A stretch of DNA of 64,000 nucleotides from Alphaproteobacteria bacterium (GTDB taxonomy: Bacteria > Pseudomonadota > Alphaproteobacteria > Bin95): contig CBDBGH010000003.1 in the NCBI GenBank assembly GCA_965205265.1, positions 2,304,001 through 2,368,000 on the forward strand. Direction: 5' to 3'. The translations under genes were made by a program, and so were the position numbers. Shown piece by piece: positions 56,200 through 64,000 of this stretch. How positions within the stretch are numbered: position 1 is the first letter of the stretch; the number at the start of each line of letters is the position of its first letter. The notes under the pieces are model-generated. The model had not been told where the DNA came from. It searched no databases and was given only the letters and a program-made list of their open reading frames with translations.

Positions 56200-58115
56200 C
56201 CTGACTTCGACGGTTGATTCGCATAAGTAGTTGATATTGCCTGGTTCTCATTTCGGCTAGGCACTACATCCGGCATTTCTTCGAGCCGTGCTTCGTCGAC
56301 GGTCAGGCGAGTTGATACGGGGTGATCGTCAGGGGCAGCCCCATGGTTGCGTAAATCTGCTCCGCCGCCGGTGTCGGCTTCGAGGGGATGACGTAGCGGT
56401 TGCCCGATTGCCGACAGCGCAGCAGGGAGCACTGGCGGTGGACGAGGGCGGAGCGGATGACCTCCGGGGACATCCGCCGCTTCTGGATGGCGACGCGGTA
56501 CGCAAGGTGTCGAACGCAGGCGAAGGCCAGGAAGGCGATGGCGATGTGAGCGCGGATCCGGTCCGGGTTCCAGTGCCAGATGGGACGTATCTTCAGGTCG
56601 TGTTTGGTGATCCGGAAGCTCTCCTCGACCTGCCAGAGCCCCTGGTAGTGAGCCATCACTTCGGTGACGCGCGCGTCGCGCAGATTGGTGATGACGCCGG
56701 TGAGCCCGTCCCATCGTGCGGCCTCGGCGATCTTCTCCGGGTTCACCGTGAGCCGTGCGTCGCCCTCGACGGCGATGAAGCGCTTCGCCCCGTGATTGGA
56801 GAGCAGTTCCCTGGGATTGTCGCTGCGGGCCAGCCTGTCGAGCAGGCGTTCCACCTGATGGCGGCGCTCGTGCGCGTCCTTGCGTGCGCGCTGGGGGCAG
56901 AAGACGACGATCAGGCGACGGCCCTTGTACTCCCACTCGCCGACCCGGCGGTCCTGTGAGCCCTCCAGCGGGGCATAGGTCCCGGGGTCGAGAACCTGCC
57001 CCAGCAGCGCGAGCGGCAGCTTGCGCAGCCGCGCGCCGACGACATACTCGCCGCCGATGGCGTCCATGGCGTCGAGGTTGTCGGCGCTCAGCATGCCCCG
57101 GTCGGCCACGCATACCGTGCGCTCCACCTGGTGGCGGCGCTGCATGTCCTGCAGGACCGGGACCATGCTGTGTCCCTCGTAGGTGGCGCCGGGGAAGACC
57201 TCGTAGCTGATCGGCAGCCCTTCGCGCGTCACCATCAGCGCCAGCAGAACCTGCGAGTCCTTGTGTTTGCCGTCCTTGCTGAAGCCGTGCTGGCGAAGCT
57301 CGTCCTCGGCGGCCGTCTCGAAGTAGAGCGTGGTGCAATCGAAGAAGAGGATCGCGACCGGCTCCGGCAGCAGCGACCGGCTCGCCTCGCCGACGCGCGT
57401 GCGCAGTCGCTCGATCACCGTCGCGTCGAGCTGATCCATCATCCGGTAGACCTTCTCGAGCGGAAGACTCACGCCGAAGTCCTCCTCGAGCCGGCGCACG
57501 CTGCCCCGCTTGCTGTCGGGGTTGGCTACCCGCGCCATCACCACATGGAACAGCGCGTCATGGGAGGCCCGGTAGCGCGAGCGCGGCAGCAGCGCGTCGA
57601 GGCCCAGCAGCCGGTAGATCTCGCCATAGACCTCGTGGATGCCTGTGATCAGGCGCTGCTCCTCTTCAAGCTGCTTGAGGTCGACCGGGAGTTCCTCCTT
57701 GCCGTCCCCCCGGCGGCCGACACGGATCGCCTGCTCAGCGATCTTCTCGGGCGCAAACAATGCCGGCTGACGCTCGTCCTCCAGCTTCGCCTTGACGTAC
57801 TCGCCGAGCTGCCTCAGGCGCTCGAGCTCGTCCTCGTCCATGGCCACGCCGACATGGCGGACGATGCGCTGTCGGACCTTGCCGCCGTCGCGCACGGCCT
57901 CGACGATCTGGACCGAGCGTCGCGGGCTGTTGGGGGAGGTCTTGATGCGCACGAACATGGGGGGAGTGTAGCGCGTGGCGGAGGCATTGACAGTCTCAAA
58001 GATTTACTAGGCACTACAACGCAGCTTGACCGCACCGCAACTGCCAACTCATTGGCTTTACTGAAAACTCCAGACGCGAGATCGGTCAGAAGTCAGCCCA
58101 ACCGTCGAAGTCAGG
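56200..58115 (-). mobile_element. IS1634-family element copy 2
   Basis: Same IRs and 1916-bp length as copy 1. Confidence 0.94.
56303..57958 (-). CDS. IS1634 transposase
   Basis: Same 551-aa translation as copy 1. Confidence 0.95.
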   Translation of the reverse strand: MFVRIKTSPNSPRRSVQIVEAVRDGGKVRQRIVRHVGVAMDEDELERLRQLGEYVKAKLEDERQPALFAPEKIAEQAIRVGRRGDGKEELPVDLKQLEEEQRLITGIHEVYGEIYRLLGLDALLPRSRYRASHDALFHVVMARVANPDSKRGSVRRLEEDFGVSLPLEKVYRMMDQLDATVIERLRTRVGEASRSLLPEPVAILFFDCTTLYFETAAEDELRQHGFSKDGKHKDSQVLLALMVTREGLPISYEVFPGATYEGHSMVPVLQDMQRRHQVERTVCVADRGMLSADNLDAMDAIGGEYVVGARLRKLPLALLGQVLDPGTYAPLEGSQDRRVGEWEYKGRRLIVVFCPQRARKDAHERRHQVERLLDRLARSDNPRELLSNHGAKRFIAVEGDARLTVNPEKIAEAARWDGLTGVITNLRDARVTEVMAHYQGLWQVEESFRITKHDLKIRPIWHWNPDRIRAHIAIAFLAFACVRHLAYRVAIQKRRMSPEVIRSALVHRQCSLLRCRQSGNRYVIPSKPTPAAEQIYATMGLPLTITPYQLA

Positions 58116-58441
58116 AATCGGGGTCGGTCCGCACCGGGCCGGCGCGGGCGGGACGCGGTCCATGGATGCCGCTTCCCTCGGACCCATCATAGCACATTTT
58201 CTGAGAATACAAGTCTTAGAGAGAAATATTACATGAATTTCATGAACAATTTATCATGCCAATGGCCTCGACTTCGGACTTATGTCTTCTTCTCGTCATG
58301 CCCGGACTTGTTCCACGGCTGTCCGGTTTGGGTTTTGCGGACAGGACGCATGGCCTGGATTCAAGCGGGTTTCCAAGGGTCCGGCCGAACCGGGACTCCG
58401 ATCGACGCCCGGCGCGCCGCCCCTTTTCATCGTCATGCCCT
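58116..58441 (+). repeat. 326-bp direct repeat (right target duplication)
   Basis: Matches 55874-56199. Confidence 0.92.
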
Positions 58442-59120
58442 CATATCGTCATGCCCGGAACAAGTCCATTCCTGTCCGGTTTAGATTTTGTGGACAGGAC
58501 GTATGGCTCGAATTCAACCGGGTTTCGAGGGGTTCGGCGGGATCGGGACCCGGATCGACGCCCGGCGGCCCGGCCCCCAAGTCGTCATGCCCGACCCTCA
58601 CATCGTCATACCCGCCCCATATCGTCATACCCGGACTTGTTCCGGGTATCTCTCTCAAGCGGCTCAGCCGGGCGGCCGTGTGGATACCCGGAACAAGTCC
58701 GGGTATGACGGAGAAGCCTGTCTTGAGCTTGTCGAAGGAGGGCGTTGGGGCCTCACGGGCAAGGGGCGGATCGCAGACGCAGTGCGCTCCCGACACCCCG
58801 TTCGGCTCCCCCCGATGACTAAACCGGACAGCCGTGGAACAAGTCCGGGTATGACGAAAGAGCCTGCCCTGAGCCTGCCGAAGGGGGGCGTTCGAGCCTC
58901 ACGGGCAAGGGGCGGATCGCAGACGCCGCGCGCCCCCGAAACCCCCGGCGGACTCCCGTTCAGCCTCACCCAATGGCTGAACCGGACAGCAATGGAACAA
59001 GTCCGGGCATGACGGACGGTGGCAATCGGGGCGGCGGGTGTCGAAGCCGGAATGGGTTCCGGTCAACGGCCGCTGGTATCACACTGCTTCGTCACCCCGG
59101 CCCCCGCCTTCGCGGGGGAG
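58294..59120. repeat. Cluster of REP/RIME-like palindromes
   Basis: GTCAT(G/A)CCCGGACTTGTTCC and inverse GGAACAAGTCCGGG(T/C)ATGAC recur; also TGAGCTTGTCGAAGG-type units. Confidence 0.8.
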
Positions 59121-59213
59121 ACGAAAAGGGCGCGGGGGCAACGAAGGGAGCTTGCGGGATTGCCCGGCCGGGCCGGCGAACGCCCCCGGATACACGCCAG
59201 GCGGCCGGCTGCG

Positions 59214-60410
59214 TCAGCGGACCTCCACCTTCAGCACGAGGGCCGCCGCGCTGTCGCCGGCCGCGCAGCCGGTGAAGAGGCCGTAACCGCCGCCCATGAG
59301 CGCCAGTTCCTCGATCAGCTCCAGAACGAGGCGCATGCCCGTCGGGCCCTGCGGATGGCCGAAGATGAGAGACGAGCCGTAATTGTTCATGCTCCCGGCA
59401 TCGAACCCCGTCGCCTCGGCGAAATAGAGGTCGTTCACCGCGAAGGGATTGTGCGTCTTGACCGCAGCGATCCGGTCGATCCCGAGCCCCGCATCGGCAA
59501 GCGCCGCTTTGGCCGCCGCCACCGGCGCCATGCCCATATAGGCCTTTTCCGCGCGCCCCTCGCCATAGGAGAGGAGCCGGACCGAAACCGCATCGTCGCG
59601 GCCGAGCTCCTTCGCCTGGCCCGCAGTCGTCAGCAGCAGGCCGGCATTGCCGTCGGCCGGATGGGTCTGCGCGGCGGCGGTGACGGTGCCGTTCCCGACG
59701 ACGGGCGCGAGCGCCTGCACCCGCTCTTCGGTGCGCTCGCGTATACCCTCGTCGCCGGAGACGGTCTTCGCCCCGCGCGTCCCGCCCACCGGGACATCGA
59801 CCATGTAGCGGCGCTGGAACGCGCGGTCGTCGGCGAGCGCCATGGCGTATTGCTCCTGCCGGAGGAGGGCCAGATCGTCCTGCGCGCGGCGCGAATATCC
59901 GAACCGCGCCGCAATGTTCTCGGCGGTCCGGATCATGGCGACATCGGCGTGCGGGTCCTCGTTGAAATTGTCCCACACCCAGTGCTCGGTGACACCGCGG
60001 CCGCCGGGCCCCGAGGGGTCGGGATAGTAGAGGGTGGGCCCGTTGGAGATGCGGTCCGCGGCAAGCGCCAGCATGCGCTCGCCGCCGCCGAGCTCCAGGG
60101 CCGAGGCGGCCGAGGCGACGACGCGCGCCGAGGTGGCGCAGGCCTGCGACAAGGTCGGCCCCGTCACGTGCTCCGCGCCGATCAGGCCGCCGATCCAGGG
60201 CGCGCCCCAGAAGCTCTTGTGCTGCGGCACCGTCATGCCGAAATGGATGCCGTCCAGGCTCTCGCGCTCGCAGCCGGCATCGTCGACGAACATGCCGGCG
60301 CAGGAGGCGGCGAGCCGTATCGGGTGCTCGCCGCTCAGGCTGCCCTGCCAGCGGCAGAAAGGCGTGCTCCAGTAGCCGCCGTAAGGGATATGGACCTTCT
60401 CGAACCGCAT
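59214..60410 (-). CDS. Thiolase family protein
   Basis: QACATS, DGNA, MGMAP, HNPFA, GHPQGPTG, CAAG. Confidence 0.93.
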   Translation of the reverse strand: MRFEKVHIPYGGYWSTPFCRWQGSLSGEHPIRLAASCAGMFVDDAGCERESLDGIHFGMTVPQHKSFWGAPWIGGLIGAEHVTGPTLSQACATSARVVASAASALELGGGERMLALAADRISNGPTLYYPDPSGPGGRGVTEHWVWDNFNEDPHADVAMIRTAENIAARFGYSRRAQDDLALLRQEQYAMALADDRAFQRRYMVDVPVGGTRGAKTVSGDEGIRERTEERVQALAPVVGNGTVTAAAQTHPADGNAGLLLTTAGQAKELGRDDAVSVRLLSYGEGRAEKAYMGMAPVAAAKAALADAGLGIDRIAAVKTHNPFAVNDLYFAEATGFDAGSMNNYGSSLIFGHPQGPTGMRLVLELIEELALMGGGYGLFTGCAAGDSAAALVLKVEVR

Positions 60411-60419
60411 CGCCGCACC

Positions 60420-61706
60420 TCAGGGAATGTTGCGCTCCACGAGCTTCGCCTTCATCTCGGTGCGCGGCAGCACGCCGCGCGGCACGAGCTCGACCCTGGC
60501 CTGCACGATGAGCCTGGCGCGAATCGCCTGTTCGATCCGCGCCGCAAGGCCCTCGCCGGCCGCGCTGCCCGCCTCCACCCGGACCCGGAGCGGCGGATCG
60601 ACCTTCGGCCCTTCGCCGTCCACCCGGATCGACATTTCGCCGGTCGCCTCCGGGCGGAACCCGGCGACCACGTCCCTCACCGCCGACGGCCACACATTGA
60701 CGCCGCGCAGAATCAGCATGTCGTCCGTGCGCCCGACGCAGCGAAGCCGCGGCCCGGTGCGACCGCAAGCGCAGGGCCCGGTCTTCACGACGACCCGGTC
60801 GCGGGTGCGGAAGCGCAGCATCGGATTGCACTCGCGGTCGATATGGGTGAAGACCAGCTCGCCCTCGATTTCGGGCCGGTCCGGCGGGATGACGGCGCCC
60901 GTCTCAGGATCGACGATCTCCATGATGAGATAGTCCGGCACCATGAAATGGCACCCGTCCCGCGCTTCGCATTCGGCGCTGTGGATGGTGATGAGGTCTG
61001 CGATTCCGATGGCTTCCGTGCAGCGCGCGCCCCAGCTTTCCTCGATCTGCGCGCGTATTTCGGGAACGCCGCCGCCGGGCTCGGCGCCGACCATGACCCG
61101 CTTTACGCCGAGCGACGCCGGATCGACGCCCATCTCCTCCCGCGCCAGTTCGGCGAGGTAGAGGGCGTAGGAGGGCGTCGTCGCAAGCACGTCCGCCTTC
61201 ATCGACCGGATGGAGGCGATGAGCCTGTCGGAGGCTCCGGTGCCGATGGGCAGCAGGGTTGCGCCGACGGCCTCGACAGCCGCGGCGACCGGCAGGCCGC
61301 CGACGAAGAAACCTATGCTGAGCCCCATCGCGAAGACGCTCTCCGGACGAAGCCCCTGGGCCCAGTAGCTGCGCGCGATGCATTCGGCCCAGCGGCTTGC
61401 GTCATAGGCGGTGAGGCCGATGAAGGAAGGGGTGCCGGTCGTGCCCGAGGAGGCATGGACGCGCACGACATTCCGCATGGGCGCCGCCGCGTGGCTTCCG
61501 AGCGGCGGCTCGCGCCTCTGGCTCTCCCTGAGCTCGGCCTTTTCGGTGAAGGGCAGCCGGGCGAGGTCCGCAAACGAGCGGATGTCGCCGGGCTCCGCGC
61601 CCGCTTCGGCGAGCTTCGCGGCATGGAAGGGCGAGTTCGCCGCCAGATAGCCGAGCTGGCGGGCGAGCTTCGCCTGCTGCATCGCAGCGGTCTCCTCGGC
61701 CGGCAT
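60420..61706 (-). CDS. Phenylacetate-CoA ligase (PaaK) family protein
   Basis: HASSGTTG, TPSY, GAEP, RFRTRD, GRTDDM. Confidence 0.92.
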   Translation of the reverse strand: MPAEETAAMQQAKLARQLGYLAANSPFHAAKLAEAGAEPGDIRSFADLARLPFTEKAELRESQRREPPLGSHAAAPMRNVVRVHASSGTTGTPSFIGLTAYDASRWAECIARSYWAQGLRPESVFAMGLSIGFFVGGLPVAAAVEAVGATLLPIGTGASDRLIASIRSMKADVLATTPSYALYLAELAREEMGVDPASLGVKRVMVGAEPGGGVPEIRAQIEESWGARCTEAIGIADLITIHSAECEARDGCHFMVPDYLIMEIVDPETGAVIPPDRPEIEGELVFTHIDRECNPMLRFRTRDRVVVKTGPCACGRTGPRLRCVGRTDDMLILRGVNVWPSAVRDVVAGFRPEATGEMSIRVDGEGPKVDPPLRVRVEAGSAAGEGLAARIEQAIRARLIVQARVELVPRGVLPRTEMKAKLVERNIP

Positions 61707-61881
61707 CGTCTCGACCGCGGCGTTGAAATAGGCGCTCCCGCCTCATGCGCCCGCTCGTTACCGGCGCATTGCCCGCCGGAGAATAGTGAACTCCTCCCGC
61801 CCCGGAAACAGCGCCGCCCCGGGGCGTGGCCACCGGGCGGGCACGGCGATACAAATACCGGCGCGGGAAGGGGGCCGTTCC

Positions 61882-62349
61882 ATGCGGCAGCGATACGGGT
61901 TCGGCGTGCTGGGGCTGCTGGCGGCGGTGTTCATGGCGGCGCCGGCGGCCTTCGCCGGGGACATCGCGTTCGGGCGCGCGGAGGTGCGGATCGGGACGGC
62001 CGCGGGCGTGCGCCTCTTCCATGTCGAGCTTGCCGAGACGCCGGACCAGCGGGCGCGCGGCCTCATGTTCCGCCGCTCGCTGGCGCCGGATGCCGGCATG
62101 CTGTTCCTTTTCCCGGAGCGCGAGCGGCCGACCATGTGGATGGCAAATACCTGGCTGCCGCTCGACATGCTGTTCATCGCCGCGGACGGGCGCATCGTGC
62201 ACCTCTTCCCGAACGCCGTGCCGCGCTCCCGGCTCACCGTCTCCTCGCCGCGCCCGGCGCGCATGGTGCTCGAACTCGCCGGCGGGACGGCGCGCCGCCT
62301 CGGCATCGCGCCCGGCGACCGCCTCTCCTGGCGCCGCGTGGACCGTTAG
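61882..62349 (+). CDS. DUF192 family protein
   Basis: RARGLMFR, GMLFLF, WMANT, VLEL; signal-peptide-like N-terminus. Confidence 0.92.
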   Translation: MRQRYGFGVLGLLAAVFMAAPAAFAGDIAFGRAEVRIGTAAGVRLFHVELAETPDQRARGLMFRRSLAPDAGMLFLFPERERPTMWMANTWLPLDMLFIAADGRIVHLFPNAVPRSRLTVSSPRPARMVLELAGGTARRLGIAPGDRLSWRRVDR

Positions 62350-62367
62350 CGCCGAGGCAGTCCCCGC

Positions 62368-63789
62368 CTACGGGAAGAAGACCAGCGTCACCACCAGGAA
62401 GATCGGCACCAGTATGCCGACCGACCAGACCATGTAGCCGAAGAAGCTCGGCATGGGGATGCCGCGCTCCTCGCAGATCGCCCGCACCATGAAATTCGGC
62501 GCATTGCCGATATAGGTGTTGGCGCCCATGAACACCGCGCCCGCCGAAATCGCGAGCAAGGTGCCGTAGAGCGGCCCCATCAGGGTTTCCGCGTCGCCGC
62601 CTGCGGTGTTGAAGAAGACGAGGTAGGTCGGCGCATTGTCGAGGAAGCTCGACAGGATGCCGGTCAGCCAGAAATACATCGCCTCGACCGGCTGGCCGTC
62701 CGCGCCCGTGACCAGCGAAACCACCGGCTCCAGCGCGCCCGAGGTGCCCGCGCGCAATATGGCGATGGCCGGCACGATGGTGAGGAAGATGCCGGCGAAC
62801 AGCTTGCCCACTTCCAGGATCGGGAACCAGGAGAAGCCGTTGGCGTCCCGGTTGGCCCGGTCGGTGACGACCCATGACGCATAGGCGATGGCGAGCAGGG
62901 CCAGGTCGCGGCAGAGGTTCTGAAGCTCCACCGTCACATGGAAGACGTCGAAGGAGACGCCCGGCCGCCACACGCCCGACATCAGCACCGCGGCGACGAC
63001 GCCGGCGAGCAGCAGGAAGTTGACCTTGCCGGTGACGCCGAGGCTCTCGCCGTCGCCTTCGTCCTCCTCCGAAGGGGCGCCCGTCTCGCGCCGGTAGAGG
63101 AAGCTGTCCACGCCGTAATAGAGCACCAGCAACAGGACGGAGACGAGCAGCATCGGCACCAGCATGGCCCCGGTCGGCCAGAAGAAATCGACGCCCTTCA
63201 GGAATCCCAGGAACAGCGGCGGGTCGCCGAGCGGCGTCAGCGAGCCGCCGATATTCGCCACCAGGAAGATGAAGAACACCATGGTGTGGACCTTGTAGCG
63301 CCGCCATTCATTGGCCCGGATGATCGGGCGGATGAGCAGCATCGCCGCGCCCGTGGTGCCCATCCAGCTCGCGAGCACCGTGCCGAGCAGCAGGATGCCG
63401 GTATTGACGACCGGCGTGCCGACCAGCCGGCCGGTGAGCCGGATGCCGCCGGCCACGGTAAAGAGCGAGAGCAGCAGGATGATGAAGGGAATGTATTCGA
63501 GCAGCGCCACATGCAGAATCTCGAACAGGGTGAGCTCCCAGCCGAACACCACGAGAAAGGGCAGCAGGAAGGCAAACGCCCAGAAGGCCGAGACCTTGCC
63601 GAAATGGTGGTGCCAGAAGGTCGGCGCCAGCAACGGGAAGAGCGCGATCGACAACAGGATACCGACGAAGGGCACGCACCAGACGAGCCCGAGCGTGCCG
63701 CCGTCCAGATGCGGCGCGCCCGCGCCGGCGGCCAGCGCCGGCCCCGCGCCGAGCAGCAAGGCCGAAATGGATGCGGCGAGCACGCGCAT
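62368..63789 (-). CDS. Putative Na+/H+ antiporter (ion transporter superfamily)
   Basis: Many TM helices; LTPLGDPPLFLGF, LDNAPTY, YIGNAPNF. Confidence 0.9.
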   Translation of the reverse strand: MRVLAASISALLLGAGPALAAGAGAPHLDGGTLGLVWCVPFVGILLSIALFPLLAPTFWHHHFGKVSAFWAFAFLLPFLVVFGWELTLFEILHVALLEYIPFIILLLSLFTVAGGIRLTGRLVGTPVVNTGILLLGTVLASWMGTTGAAMLLIRPIIRANEWRRYKVHTMVFFIFLVANIGGSLTPLGDPPLFLGFLKGVDFFWPTGAMLVPMLLVSVLLLVLYYGVDSFLYRRETGAPSEEDEGDGESLGVTGKVNFLLLAGVVAAVLMSGVWRPGVSFDVFHVTVELQNLCRDLALLAIAYASWVVTDRANRDANGFSWFPILEVGKLFAGIFLTIVPAIAILRAGTSGALEPVVSLVTGADGQPVEAMYFWLTGILSSFLDNAPTYLVFFNTAGGDAETLMGPLYGTLLAISAGAVFMGANTYIGNAPNFMVRAICEERGIPMPSFFGYMVWSVGILVPIFLVVTLVFFP

Positions 63790-63958
63790 GGAACCCTCCC
63801 CGATAGCCCCCCGAAGCCGCCGGGTCCGCCGGCGCGCAGGACGGGCCAATATGCCCCAGCGCCGGCCCCCGGCCAAGACGGCGGGATTTGCGGCTTGCGG
63901 CGGGCGGGTTAGAGTGCGCGCTCCATCTATTCCCGCAGGCGCGGAGGCCGCCCTATCC

Positions 63959-64000
63959 ATGGAACTCACCGGCGAACGGCGCATCGAGGCCCCGCGCGAG
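63959..64000 (+). CDS. CoxG/SRPBCC protein start (partial)
   Basis: MELTGERRIEAPRE. Confidence 0.6.
   Translation, partial: MELTGERRIEAPRE

Noticed and set aside
58294-59120. CRISPR array
   Set aside because: Repeats occur in both orientations with irregular spacing, and no cas genes are present
59019-62492. 1157-aa plus-strand ORF
   Set aside because: Antisense shadow of the thiolase and CoA ligase genes in high-GC DNA

Overview
High-GC, probably alphaproteobacterial DNA. About 58 kb is a decayed accessory island saturated with insertion sequences (IS21 x3, IS630 x2, IS1634 x2, IS256, IS66 x4, IS110/IS1111 and an IS1182/IS5-like transposase), followed by about 5 kb of ordinary genes (thiolase, PaaK-like CoA ligase, DUF192, Na+/H+ antiporter, coxG start). 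Removing the IS elements by hand reveals four things. (1) A four-gene minus-strand candidate defence operon: a DruA-like fragment, a DptF-like P-loop protein, a DptG-sized protein, and a ~1592-aa protein ending in a PD-(D/E)XK nuclease plus a full RuvB-type AAA+/winged-helix module. (2) A 2590-bp large-serine-recombinase element, present twice, each time at the same codon of an IS66 tnpC; its first gene gains a start codon and RBS only when the element circularises. (3) An IS1111 element inserted in an IS66 terminal repeat, with readable guide sequences in its non-coding region. (4) An IS21 carrying Zn-finger and degenerate-TOPRIM passenger genes. Family assignments come from motif recognition only; no database searches were run.
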